Source: Candidatus Dojkabacteria bacterium (GTDB lineage Bacteria > Patescibacteriota > Dojkabacteria > B142 > JAFGMG01). Taken from it: a stretch of 64,000 nucleotides of DNA. The position numbers and the translations under genes were made by a program. Of the stretch, positions 10,160 to 20,301 are shown piece by piece (within the stretch, counting starts at the first letter, position 1; the number at the start of each line of letters is the position of its first letter). The notes beneath the pieces are model-generated. The model was not told where the DNA came from and ran no database searches. It saw nothing but the letters and a program-made list of their open reading frames with translations. Where the stretch lies: NCBI GenBank assembly GCA_016927655.1, contig JAFGMG010000001.1, positions 179,599 through 243,598 of the forward strand, written 5' to 3'.

Positions 10160-13100
10160 ATGCTTTACGAGACATACTTGGGTCGCTATAAGAATATTCG
10201 CACAATCGGTAAAAAATACAAGAGATCAATGTCTTTTATATTGCTTGCTGTTTTGGCATTCGGTCTGATACTTAATCCCCTGGTAACCCTGCCAGCAGGA
10301 GCAAGTCAAACGATCACCGCAGTTGGGACTGACAAACTTAAAAACCCGGATTATTATCCAAAAAAGACAGAGAATTTAATCGCTAAAACTACTGAAATTA
10401 TCGGGCTGGATTCAGAGATCACTCCAGCGCAGGTTTTTGAATTTGAAAAAGAAACATCCGGCTTCTATTTTACACTCAGAGCCGGAGAAAATTTCTCAGA
10501 GAGCAGTTTCAAGGTTGAATATCCTTCCGGAGAAATTTCAGACGAATATCTAATTCAAGAAAGTGACGTGTATTTTGGAGAAGATAGCTCAACCAGTTTA
10601 GGAAATAGAACTTCGGAATTATATTTATTCAATCAGGGAGTTACAAAAGTTTTGGTGTATTGCGGTTCAGATACCGAATTTGAAATCCATCAGATTGGTG
10701 AGCAAAACAACGACTTTGAAGATTCTCTTGGCCTAACGCAAATCAAAGCATTTAGCAGTACACCAGCCGAGACAACCTACAAAGAAGCGCTATTTAGCAA
10801 TATGGGCTTTAATATTATCACAAGAGAAGAATGGGGGGCACCAACAGAAAGCGGATGGGGACCGACAATTGCGGATGTAAATAGAATTGTGATTCATCAT
10901 ACCGCTACAAGTGTCGATATGAGCAATCCTAAAAATACTGTAAAAGCAATTTATGACTATCACAAAATAAGATGCAACAACAATATCGGCACCGCACCAA
11001 CATACTGCGACTATGCAGATACATGGCAGGATATTGGCTACAACTATTTGATCGATCCATATGGGAATGTCTACGAAGGCCGGGCAGGAGGCAATGGAGT
11101 TGTCGGCGCCCATGCTATTCCAAATACGGGAAGTATTGGTATTTCAATTTTGGGCGACTACAGCAATCAAGTACCAACCAGCGCTTCTTTGAATGCCTTA
11201 TCAACACTTATGGCAAGATTGAGTTTGATCAATAATTTTTCACTGACAAAAGGATCCAGTGTACTCGGACATAGAGATGTAAATGCAACGGCTTGTCCGG
11301 GGAATGCTTTTTATAGCAAACTAAGTACAGTTACAAGCAATGCAAATCAAATCAGAACTACTGCCTCTACAGCAAAAACAGCAAATACAAAGATCAACGA
11401 TTATCTTGCTCCAGAACGTGAATATATCAAAAAAGACGGAAAGACCCAGCTAATAGTTGATACGACAGGGCTTAGCCTAACTATGATCGAAAAGCTTTCT
11501 ACAGTATCTAGGGGGATTGATGAGATTACAGAAATTGATAATGGGCTGATTTATACTGTTGATGATGCGAAGGCTGATCAGGTAATTGGAGAGACATATG
11601 TTGCTGCCAGCAGTACCAAAATTCAGCCTGATTTTATATATAGGCTTGAATCCTGGGACAATACTGATCCGGATAGATCAATTCCAAGCGACTATGATGT
11701 CAGTACTCACTGGAACCTGGAAAAGACAAATACGCCAGAAGCCTGGAAAGACCTGGGAGGATGTACTGGCGATGATAGCTGCGGGGGAGATTCGAGTGTA
11801 ATAGTAGCAGTACTAGACACTGGAGTAGCTTATGAAGACTTTGATTTCGATGCCGGAGGGACATATTCTACTACCAAGTATTCCGGTTTATGGATTGATG
11901 TTCCTGGAGCTGCTGCAAATGGAACATACAATGAAGGCTACGACAGGCAATTTTATCAATTACCGGAACTCGCAGGAGTGAATTTTGTCGATCCATATGA
12001 CCCCGCGTGGGATTTGCTTTGCAGCATAAGAACAGGCGGCGGTGCCTGCAACGCAACCGAGCTTGCAAAAATTGATCATCCAAACGACGATAATGGCCAT
12101 GGTACTTTTGTGACAACGATTATTGCCGGAGATACCGGAGACACTGCACCTAATAAAGTTGTTGGAATTGCTCACAACGTATCTATAATGCCGGTAAAAG
12201 TTATGCTTCCAAATGATAGAAGTATGTGCCAGACAGCAGCAGGAGCACTTGATCTGACCTGCGCTGATTATCGATATGATTACCGTTCGGTTGGCACCAC
12301 ATCTACTATTGTTGCTGGGATCGAGCACGCGGTAGACAATGGCGCTGATGTGATCAACATGAGTCTTGGTGGAGAAGGAACAGATTCAGTAATGGAAGCC
12401 GCGGTTGATGCAGCTGTAGCTGCAGGTGCAATTGTAGTGGTCTCCTCAGGTAATGAAAATGATGATATAGCGAATTATTTCCCAGCTTCATTTAATAATG
12501 TAATTGCTGTCGGAGCAACAAACACAGATGATAGCAGATCCTCCTATACAAATTATGGAGAAGAGCTTGATATTTCTGCTCCAGTTGGCACTACGATTAG
12601 ATCTAGAACTTTGAATTGCTATCCAAGCGAAAATGACTGTTCTAACGAAGCAACGTTAGACTTTTCAGTGTTTTCGTCTGAATCGACACCAAAAACAAGC
12701 AGCGGGACAAGCTTTGCAGCGCCGCAGGTTAGTGCCGCAGTTGCCCTGCTGAAATCATATAAGCCATTTCTTAATTATGAAATGATAAAAGCACTTTTAT
12801 ATCAAAATTCTACAGATATAGGAACGGCAGGCAAAGACAATCTTACCGGCTGGGGATTATTAGATATAGAGGCATCGCTAATCGGAGCGGATTATGCATT
12901 TCCCGCATCAAGCAAATGGCATGATTGGTTTGCACCATACGGAGAAGTGCCCGAGGTTGGTGACTTCAATCATGACGGATATGATGACATTGTGACTTTC
13001 ACAAGCGATGGATGGGGCGACGTATGGATCGCCCTAAACAACAGTGGGACGGGCTTTAATACTTCTTCAAAATGGCATGACTGGTTCGCGCCATATGATG

Positions 13101-13834
13101 AGATCCCGGCAGTTGGAGATTTTAATGACGATGGATATGACGATATCATAACCTTTACAAGTGATGGGTGGGGCGATGTATGGGTCGCTCTTAATGATCA
13201 GGCCGGAGGGTTTGATACTGCCACAAAATGGCATGACTGGTTTGCACCATTTAATGAGATTCCAAGAATTGGAGATTTCAACGGAGATGGTTACGATGAT
13301 ATAGCAACCTTTACAAGTGATGGGTGGGGCGATGTATGGATTGCTCTTAATAATCAAACCGGAGGATTCAACACCGCAACCAAATGGCATGACTGGTTCG
13401 CACCTTTCGATGAAATACCGGCAGTTGGAGATTTTAATAATGACAGCTATGATGATATAGCAACTTTTACGAGCGATGGATGGGGCGATGTATGGGTCGC
13501 TCTTAATAGCCAGTCCAGTAGTTTTAATACATCTACAAAATGGCATGATTGGTTTGCCCCTTATGATGAGATCCCTGCAATCATGAATTTTGATGGCGAT
13601 ACAGATTTAGATATTGTTACCTTTACAAGTGACGGTTATGGGGATGTATGGCTTGCAACAAGTGATGGGGGGACTGGATTTAACCCATCACACCTTGCCC
13701 ATTACTGGTTTGCGCCATTTAATGAAATTCCTAAAGTCGGAGATTTTGACGGTGATGGGAAAGATGATCTAGCCACTTTTACCAACGACTCTAATTGGTG
13801 GGGAGACGTCTGGGTATCTATAAATCAGAACTAG
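10160..13834 (+). CDS. secreted multidomain hydrolase: Amidase_2/PGRP-like amidase + S8 subtilisin-like protease + six FG-GAP/VCBS-like repeats
   Basis: Signal/TM segment FILLAVLAFGLIL; ITREEWGA, HHTA, DIGYNYLID, VYEGRAGG, GAHA, GHRD, TACPG; S8 triad VAVLDTG / HGTFV / GTSFAAPQV; 52-aa repeats with GDFNxDGYDD. Confidence 0.85.
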   Translation: MLYETYLGRYKNIRTIGKKYKRSMSFILLAVLAFGLILNPLVTLPAGASQTITAVGTDKLKNPDYYPKKTENLIAKTTEIIGLDSEITPAQVFEFEKETSGFYFTLRAGENFSESSFKVEYPSGEISDEYLIQESDVYFGEDSSTSLGNRTSELYLFNQGVTKVLVYCGSDTEFEIHQIGEQNNDFEDSLGLTQIKAFSSTPAETTYKEALFSNMGFNIITREEWGAPTESGWGPTIADVNRIVIHHTATSVDMSNPKNTVKAIYDYHKIRCNNNIGTAPTYCDYADTWQDIGYNYLIDPYGNVYEGRAGGNGVVGAHAIPNTGSIGISILGDYSNQVPTSASLNALSTLMARLSLINNFSLTKGSSVLGHRDVNATACPGNAFYSKLSTVTSNANQIRTTASTAKTANTKINDYLAPEREYIKKDGKTQLIVDTTGLSLTMIEKLSTVSRGIDEITEIDNGLIYTVDDAKADQVIGETYVAASSTKIQPDFIYRLESWDNTDPDRSIPSDYDVSTHWNLEKTNTPEAWKDLGGCTGDDSCGGDSSVIVAVLDTGVAYEDFDFDAGGTYSTTKYSGLWIDVPGAAANGTYNEGYDRQFYQLPELAGVNFVDPYDPAWDLLCSIRTGGGACNATELAKIDHPNDDNGHGTFVTTIIAGDTGDTAPNKVVGIAHNVSIMPVKVMLPNDRSMCQTAAGALDLTCADYRYDYRSVGTTSTIVAGIEHAVDNGADVINMSLGGEGTDSVMEAAVDAAVAAGAIVVVSSGNENDDIANYFPASFNNVIAVGATNTDDSRSSYTNYGEELDISAPVGTTIRSRTLNCYPSENDCSNEATLDFSVFSSESTPKTSSGTSFAAPQVSAAVALLKSYKPFLNYEMIKALLYQNSTDIGTAGKDNLTGWGLLDIEASLIGADYAFPASSKWHDWFAPYGEVPEVGDFNHDGYDDIVTFTSDGWGDVWIALNNSGTGFNTSSKWHDWFAPYDEIPAVGDFNDDGYDDIITFTSDGWGDVWVALNDQAGGFDTATKWHDWFAPFNEIPRIGDFNGDGYDDIATFTSDGWGDVWIALNNQTGGFNTATKWHDWFAPFDEIPAVGDFNNDSYDDIATFTSDGWGDVWVALNSQSSSFNTSTKWHDWFAPYDEIPAIMNFDGDTDLDIVTFTSDGYGDVWLATSDGGTGFNPSHLAHYWFAPFNEIPKVGDFDGDGKDDLATFTNDSNWWGDVWVSINQN
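12914..13830 (+). repeat. six tandem 156-bp (52-aa) intragenic repeats, consensus KWHDWFAPxxExPxVGDFNxDGYDDIxTFTSDGWGDVWxALN
   Basis: Units start at 12914, 13070, 13226, 13382, 13538 and 13694 (exact 156-bp period); AAATGGCATGA(T/C)TGG conserved at DNA level in the first five. Confidence 0.95.
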
Positions 13835-13840
13835 CCTGCG

Positions 13841-14962
13841 ATGAAACCTATATACATCATTATTGGGACCAGAGCACAGTTAATAAAAATGGCTCCAATA
13901 ATGCAGCAGCTAGAGATCCGAGGAATTAAGTACGAATTTCTTTATACCCAGCAGCACAAGGTCACGATTGACGATCTGCTTCAAAATTTCTCTATTAAAA
14001 CTCCATATAGGCAAGTCATAAAACGAAAAAAAGAAGCGAAGACAATTAGACTCTTTGCCGGGTGGGCGTCTCAAATGCTCCTTGCCATGTTCAACCCATT
14101 TTCAAGAAGGCGACTATTAAGCAGCGGACGTGGATTGATTCTGACTCATGGAGATACTGCAACCGCTGCATGGGCAGCTATTTACGGGCAGACATCACTG
14201 TGCAAAGTAATGCACATCGAATCGGGTCTTCGCTCATATAATATCTTAAAGCCATTCCCGGAAGAGTTGATGCGCCTGATCACTTTCACATTCTCAAACT
14301 ATTATGTCTGCCCGAACGAATGGGCAAAAAACAACTTAAAATGGTTTCCAGGCAGGAAACTCAACGTCGGAGCGAATCAAATGTACGATGCACTTATGTA
14401 TGCTCTAAAAAAGATCCAGGAACCAACTTATAAATCAAAATTATCCAATCTAAAAATTCCTCCAAAATATGCAATAGTAAGTATTCATCGTTATGAGAAT
14501 ATTTTTAAAGCAGACGCATTTGAAAAGATCCTGCGCCTGCTTGAAAATATTGCAAAAAGTATTGATCTTGTGATTGTTTTACACCCAGTTACCGAGAAAC
14601 GCCTTAGACAAACTGGTAATTATATGCGATTAAAGAATAATGCCCAAATTACTCTCGTGCCAAGGTTGGATTTTTTGAGTTTTGTGGAGATTAATAAAAA
14701 TTCTGAATTTGTAATTACTGATGGCGGAAGCAATCAAGAAGAAATGAGTTATCTCGGTAAACCGACTTTACTTTTTAGAGATACTACTGAAAGGAAAGAG
14801 GGGTTAGGGGAAAATTCAATCCTTTCTAATTTTGACGAGGGGATTATTACCGATTTTGTTAGTTCGTATAAGAAATATGAGCGCCCAGCAAAAAATATCA
14901 CTCCCTCTCCAAGTCAACTGACCGTCGACTGGATAGAAGAGATCACCAGGGTAAATAAATAG
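13841..14962 (+). CDS. UDP-N-acetylglucosamine 2-epimerase family (divergent WecB-like)
   Basis: GTRAQLIKMAP, HGDT, HIESGLRS, FPEE, HRYEN, TDGGSNQEE, RDTTER. Confidence 0.85.
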   Translation: MKPIYIIIGTRAQLIKMAPIMQQLEIRGIKYEFLYTQQHKVTIDDLLQNFSIKTPYRQVIKRKKEAKTIRLFAGWASQMLLAMFNPFSRRRLLSSGRGLILTHGDTATAAWAAIYGQTSLCKVMHIESGLRSYNILKPFPEELMRLITFTFSNYYVCPNEWAKNNLKWFPGRKLNVGANQMYDALMYALKKIQEPTYKSKLSNLKIPPKYAIVSIHRYENIFKADAFEKILRLLENIAKSIDLVIVLHPVTEKRLRQTGNYMRLKNNAQITLVPRLDFLSFVEINKNSEFVITDGGSNQEEMSYLGKPTLLFRDTTERKEGLGENSILSNFDEGIITDFVSSYKKYERPAKNITPSPSQLTVDWIEEITRVNK

Positions 14963-15012
14963 ACACTAATTTCTTTTTCAATTAGAATCAGCTAAGTTAT
15001 TAGACAATATTT

Positions 15013-15696
15013 ATGAATGTAATAATTCTTGCTGCAGGGATGGGAACTAGATTAGGCAGCCTTGTTCCAAAACCCCTTACTCCGCTTAAGAATGAAGAGA
15101 CAATCCTTGATTATCAGCTGAAAAATATTGCAAAATACGTTGATTTGGATAACGTCATTTTGGTAGTAGGATATAAGTTCTATTCAATTATCGAAAAATT
15201 CCCAAATCTAATGTATGTCTACAATCAAAGATACACTCAAACAAATACAGCAAAAAGTCTTCTTATGGCACTAAAGAAATGTAAAGACGGAGATACTATT
15301 TGGATGAATGGAGATGTTTATTTCGATCATAGAATTCTCCAGAAGCTTATGAAATCCAGAAGATCAACTCTAGCTGTAGATAACAAGAAGTGCTCAGATG
15401 AGGAAATTAAATACACTTTACATAAAGATGGTTTTATAAACGAACTCTCAAAAACAGTAAAAAAGCCTGTAGGCGAGGCACTTGGTATAAATCTTATCAA
15501 GGCAAAAGATACACAGACCTTCATAAACTCTCTTCAACGTGTAGAAGACACTGATTATTTTGAGAAGGCACTTGAAAACCTCACGACGAAAGGGAAGCTT
15601 CAACTAAAAGCTTTGAATGTTGAAAATTTGTATTGTAAAGAAATTGATTTTCCCGAAGATCTAGAAGAAGTTAAATCTCGCATTTCCCGAAAATGA
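15013..15696 (+). CDS. LicC-like NTP (cytidylyl) transferase
   Basis: IILAAGMGTRLG, PKPL, VVGYK, TNTAKSL, NGDVYFD, EIDFPEDL. Confidence 0.8.
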   Translation: MNVIILAAGMGTRLGSLVPKPLTPLKNEETILDYQLKNIAKYVDLDNVILVVGYKFYSIIEKFPNLMYVYNQRYTQTNTAKSLLMALKKCKDGDTIWMNGDVYFDHRILQKLMKSRRSTLAVDNKKCSDEEIKYTLHKDGFINELSKTVKKPVGEALGINLIKAKDTQTFINSLQRVEDTDYFEKALENLTTKGKLQLKALNVENLYCKEIDFPEDLEEVKSRISRK

Positions 15697-16847
15697 AAAT
15701 AGATAAGCGAAACATCAAACATTGGCTGTATTTGATTGTAACCACCGTAAATATTTTTATTGGTTTAGCTCTACGAATCAAGCCCTCCCCGAGAAGAATC
15801 ATTTTATATGGTCACAAACTTAATGGGAACCTTCTGGCCTTTTATAAATACATAAAAGAGAACCAAAAGGATTACGAGATTTATTATCTGACAATGGATC
15901 CAGATTATTACAGGAATATTAGAGAAAAACACTCCGTTCTTCTCTGCTTGAAACCTGCCGATATGATTAAAGCTGCAAGAGCAAAATGCTTTGTCACTGA
16001 TCATGGACTTCACAGCTTAAGTATTTATAAAAAGTTCACAAATATAAAATTTTTCGATGTCTGGCATGGAATTCCATACAAAGGATTCGATCAGGATGAT
16101 TTTGCGCCGCTTCATAATTATGACCAGGTTTGGGTAAGCTCACCTTCTATGAAAAATATCTATGTGAGTAAATACGGTTTTAATGAAGAAAAAGTCAAAG
16201 TGACAGGATATGCTAGAACAGACCCTCTAGTAAATAATTTATACAACAGACAAGAAATCTTGAAGAAATATGGTTTATCCGGGTTCAAGAAGATCATTTT
16301 AATTGCGCCGACCTGGGCCCAAGATGATAAAGGCCGAAGCATTGTGCCCTTTGGTGTCCCAATTGATAAATTCTTCACTAGGCTGAATCTTGTCGCAAAA
16401 TCAGTTAATGCGCTAATAGTTTTTCGAGCTCACTTAAATTCAGCCGAAATCGCCAATCTTGGGCCCTTGAGCAACGTTAAAATTATGTCGTATCAAAAAT
16501 ACCCAATAGCAGAAGAATTTTTGTACATCGCCGATCTTTTAGTCAGCGATTGGTCCTCTATTGTCTTTGACTATTTAGTTCTTAGAAAACCCACAATCTT
16601 TCTGGACGTAAAAGCACCATTTGCAAAAGGATTCAGCTATGATGCCTCATACCGGTTTGGGGAAATAGTAGGAAGCATGACCGATCTGGAGCATGCACTG
16701 GAGAAATATTCAAAAAAGCCTGCAGAATTTAATAAAAAGTATGCAGGATTGATGCAGGATGTAAGCGATGAAGTATATAATATCTACGCTGACGGGAAGT
16801 CTGCTAAAAGATATTTTGAGAATTTAGCAAAATTGACTAATGCATAA
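15693..16847 (+). CDS. CDP-glycerol/ribitol:poly(alditol-phosphate) phosphotransferase family (TagF/TagB-like)
   Basis: WHGIPYK, TGYARTD, LIAPTW, LVSDWSSIVFDY, DGKSAKR motifs. Confidence 0.85.
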   Translation: MKIDKRNIKHWLYLIVTTVNIFIGLALRIKPSPRRIILYGHKLNGNLLAFYKYIKENQKDYEIYYLTMDPDYYRNIREKHSVLLCLKPADMIKAARAKCFVTDHGLHSLSIYKKFTNIKFFDVWHGIPYKGFDQDDFAPLHNYDQVWVSSPSMKNIYVSKYGFNEEKVKVTGYARTDPLVNNLYNRQEILKKYGLSGFKKIILIAPTWAQDDKGRSIVPFGVPIDKFFTRLNLVAKSVNALIVFRAHLNSAEIANLGPLSNVKIMSYQKYPIAEEFLYIADLLVSDWSSIVFDYLVLRKPTIFLDVKAPFAKGFSYDASYRFGEIVGSMTDLEHALEKYSKKPAEFNKKYAGLMQDVSDEVYNIYADGKSAKRYFENLAKLTNA

Positions 16848-18009
16848 AATAAAAGTAAAAATCCTCTATAGAAATTATAAACCAATTCACGCTACATATA
16901 CTTCTTTGCTAGAAAACCCTCCAGAAGGAGTTAATTATGTAATACCAAAGGTACGAAAAGATCTGAAACTTCTTCTTCCGATATACCGGAAGTTCGGGGA
17001 TATGCGGATAAGCAAAAAATTAATGCAATTTTTGCAGAGGCAGGTTTTTGAAAAAGGGAGGCTGGAAACTGATAATATAGATCTTTTGCACTATGTTCAG
17101 ATGCTCCCCAAAAAATTGCCTGACAAGCCTTTTATTATCGACATTGAACACGCTGCAGCGCTATTCAATTTTTCGAAATTCTCCCGAGAAGATATAAGCA
17201 ATCTAATCTCAACTCTGCAAACAGATCAATGTAAGCAGGTAATTGCCCTTAGCGAAGCAGCGAAACAGTCTATACTCAAATTGACCGGAAACGATTCTGT
17301 AATAAGTAAAAAGATTAGCGTAATATATCCAGCCGTAAAAAGATTTTATGAAGCGTACAATACTTCGATAAATTCCAACTACATAAAACCTGGCAACGGG
17401 CTAAATATACTTTTTGTTGGATCTCATCCAGCGAATAAGGGACTTTTTGAACTCCTTGAAACATTCAATCAACTACAAGAACTTGATCTAAACTTGCATA
17501 TAATTTCAAATGCCTCTAAAAAACTAATCTCTAAATTTACCAGTCCTAAAATACACTTCTATCCTTCAGAATTTGACCGCGAAGAAATTGTGAAAAGTTT
17601 TTATCTGCCTGCAGATGTATTTATTATGCCAACAAGAGGCGATACATTCGGAATGGCGTTTCTAGATGCACTTGCTTCAAAAACCCCCGTAATTACTACA
17701 AAGCAATACGCCTGCAAAGAAATCATTAAAGATGGCCAAAATGGTTTTCTAATCGATTCAGAAAATTTATATCTCGAGAAATATCCTATGCCCTCAAGAA
17801 AAATTGTAGAATCTTTCAGCAAGCGTAAGATCGAGGGGCTAGTGGTCGAACAGCTTGTTATTATTATCAAACGACTCTACAATGACAGAGAGCTATTGAA
17901 AGCAATGAGTGTAAACGCTCTTTTGGATTTTAGAAAAGGCGGTAAATTCTCAATAGAAAAAAGGAATGAGCAGCTAACTCATGTATATGAAAAAGCACTA
18001 AACTCATGA
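16840..18009 (+). CDS. glycosyltransferase family 4
   Basis: ILFVG...NKG, ADVFIMPTRGDTFGMAFLDALAS, EIIKDGQNGFLI. Confidence 0.85.
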   Translation: MHKIKVKILYRNYKPIHATYTSLLENPPEGVNYVIPKVRKDLKLLLPIYRKFGDMRISKKLMQFLQRQVFEKGRLETDNIDLLHYVQMLPKKLPDKPFIIDIEHAAALFNFSKFSREDISNLISTLQTDQCKQVIALSEAAKQSILKLTGNDSVISKKISVIYPAVKRFYEAYNTSINSNYIKPGNGLNILFVGSHPANKGLFELLETFNQLQELDLNLHIISNASKKLISKFTSPKIHFYPSEFDREEIVKSFYLPADVFIMPTRGDTFGMAFLDALASKTPVITTKQYACKEIIKDGQNGFLIDSENLYLEKYPMPSRKIVESFSKRKIEGLVVEQLVIIIKRLYNDRELLKAMSVNALLDFRKGGKFSIEKRNEQLTHVYEKALNS

Positions 18010-18968
18010 AAAAATATTTAGGTACAATCCTTACGATATTCTTTTTGACAGTTTTTTGTATTTATTTTCTAGGGAATCTTTCGAAATTTAAGCCACTGCT
18101 TGATATTTCATTAGGCTCATTAGTTCTAATTGGGATTCTCAAAATCATAGTAATTTTTCTTAACGGCTTATTTATAAAAGTCACACTCAAATCTTTTGAT
18201 AAAATAATTACCCAACTTGAAACATTTTATATTTCCCTGCTATCTTCGATTGGAAACTATTTCACCCCAATGCAGGGAGGGGCTGGTATCCGGGCAGTAT
18301 ATTTAAAAAAGAAATTTAATCTTGCATATTCACATTTTCTATCAACCCTATCCGGAAATTACATAATTTCCTTTTTGATAAACTCACTAATCGGTTTGGT
18401 TAGTTTATTATTGGTTCACAAATACCAAGGACATTATTCAGGTGTGCTTTACGGATTTTTTATCGCATTATTTATTGTAACCCTGATTTTGAGTATTTTT
18501 AAAGTACCGCCAAAAATATTTCAGATCAATCTCAAGCTGAAGCCCCTAAACCGAATACTGAAAATAATCTTGATGATTGTCGAAGGCTGGAACCGGATTA
18601 TTGGCAACAAGACTTTTCTACTGCAGCTCATTTTCCTTACAATCGCGAATTTTTGTATTGGTCTATTTACTGTGTATTGGGAATTCCATATTTTTGGGAT
18701 AGAGACACATCTTTACAATCTGACATTGTATTCTGCCCTTGCCGGAGTGACATTATTGATCAGTCTTACCCCAGGCTCAATTGGTATTAGAGAAGGTGTT
18801 TTTATCTTTTCATCCACTCTTATTGGCATAACACATGAGGAAATCCTGCAAATAGCAGTTGTTGATCGAGGTGTTTTATTCTTTGTGCTTGTAGTTTCCT
18901 ACTTGCTAATAAAAATAGTCCCCGCACCCAAAAATATCCGGATGTTAATGAGAAGAAATGGTAAATAG
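18006..18968 (+). CDS. flippase-like membrane protein (LPG_synthase_TM/AglD-like)
   Basis: About 8 TM helices; GNYFTPMQGG..RAVYLK and LTPGSIGIREG, DR motifs. Confidence 0.75.
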   Translation: MKKYLGTILTIFFLTVFCIYFLGNLSKFKPLLDISLGSLVLIGILKIIVIFLNGLFIKVTLKSFDKIITQLETFYISLLSSIGNYFTPMQGGAGIRAVYLKKKFNLAYSHFLSTLSGNYIISFLINSLIGLVSLLLVHKYQGHYSGVLYGFFIALFIVTLILSIFKVPPKIFQINLKLKPLNRILKIILMIVEGWNRIIGNKTFLLQLIFLTIANFCIGLFTVYWEFHIFGIETHLYNLTLYSALAGVTLLISLTPGSIGIREGVFIFSSTLIGITHEEILQIAVVDRGVLFFVLVVSYLLIKIVPAPKNIRMLMRRNGK

Positions 18969-20298
18969 ACTTCAATTGAAAAATAACTGGCATCGGTATC
19001 TATTCGCAGTAATTATTGGGCTTTTTGTTTTACAAGGCGCATATTTTGCTCTAAGAATAAAATTCGAACTCCCGCCTGATGAAGGCTATCATTTTGAATT
19101 TATCAAACAATATTCGGAAGTATTATATACTCCGGAGAATTCCCCGGAGACGTATCAATTTGGTCCTATCAATCATAAACCATATTTGTATCATTTCCTT
19201 TTTGGCAAGCTTCTACATTTAAACATTTTTGGAATTGAAGATTTTGTCTTTATTAGATTACTAAACATCTTTCTGGGCGTGGCAACAATTATCACCACGT
19301 ACAAAATCACCTCAATATTTACAAAGCGAAAGACGACAAAGTTGTTATCTGCCTTTCTAATTGCAAACACTTTGATGTTCGTTTTCCTTTCAGGATCCAT
19401 CAATTATGACAATCTAGTAAATCTACTTGCCGCCTTGAGCATTTTATTTACTCTAAAATTTACAAAATCACGGGAACTTCGTTTTCTCCTTCTGTTTATC
19501 TCAACTGCTTGCGCTGGAGTACTTACAAAAATAAGCTTTATACCCCTAGCGCTAACTCTAGGATTGATTATTTCAATGGATATTATTTTTTCCCAATTAA
19601 AGAATCTAAGAATAAATCCTATAGAATTCAAAAAGCAGATAAATATCCTAAATATTCTTCTTTTTGCCACTTCTATGATACTTATAGTTTTAAGCCTGAG
19701 ATTATATATCGGGAACTTTTTAAATTTTGGGGGGTTCGAGCCAAGCTGTGATCAGGTTCTTACTCAAGAACAGTGTTTAAATGATCCTATTTATACAAGA
19801 GCGATAGAGGGACAATCAACGCAGCCGGAAAACCTAATGAATCCGTTTGAATATTTTTTCCGATGGTATTTTTACATGCAGCAGAAATCACTTGGTATAC
19901 TAGCACATCAGACAATGATTAAACCTTTAAAGTATCTAATACCTTATAATATTTTGATTATACTTTCACTTTTTCTCTATCTAAAACATCCTAAATTAAT
20001 TAAACAAGATCGTAAACTATTGATATACCTAGGAATAACGGTAATTTCATACTTGCTCATTCTAGCTTTCTATCAAAACTACCAGACATACTTGGCTACC
20101 GGAGAAATTGGGCGTGCATTACAAGGCCGTTACGCCTTCCCAGTTCTTTCGGGAGTTTATATGCTATTTTTGTACCCTTTCGATAAGTATCTAAATAAAA
20201 AGCATAGACTTATACTCTACATACTAATCACAGCAATTTTCCTCTGGGGAGGATTTTTCTTCTTCATCACGAATGTGCCAGGCAGCTGGCTGAGATGA
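18958..20298 (+). CDS. GT-C fold integral membrane glycosyltransferase (PMT/ArnT-like)
   Basis: PPDEGYH after TM1, HKPYLYH, IRLLNI, SINYDNL, LTK, QGRY; many TM helices. Confidence 0.65.
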   Translation: MVNRLQLKNNWHRYLFAVIIGLFVLQGAYFALRIKFELPPDEGYHFEFIKQYSEVLYTPENSPETYQFGPINHKPYLYHFLFGKLLHLNIFGIEDFVFIRLLNIFLGVATIITTYKITSIFTKRKTTKLLSAFLIANTLMFVFLSGSINYDNLVNLLAALSILFTLKFTKSRELRFLLLFISTACAGVLTKISFIPLALTLGLIISMDIIFSQLKNLRINPIEFKKQINILNILLFATSMILIVLSLRLYIGNFLNFGGFEPSCDQVLTQEQCLNDPIYTRAIEGQSTQPENLMNPFEYFFRWYFYMQQKSLGILAHQTMIKPLKYLIPYNILIILSLFLYLKHPKLIKQDRKLLIYLGITVISYLLILAFYQNYQTYLATGEIGRALQGRYAFPVLSGVYMLFLYPFDKYLNKKHRLILYILITAIFLWGGFFFFITNVPGSWLR

Positions 20299-20301
20299 TT
20301 C

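Noticed and set aside
13067..13546. Antisense and alternate-frame ORFs in the track (e.g. 13067-13546, 1085-1573, 60928-61497, 51780-52025)
   Set aside because: Shadows of well-supported genes with no recognisable motifs; the periodicity of 13067-13546 simply mirrors the sense repeat.
12914..13830. CRISPR array or DGR template/variable repeats
   Set aside because: Repeats are in-frame 156-bp coding units with mostly synonymous or conservative drift; there are no spacers, cas genes or reverse transcriptase.
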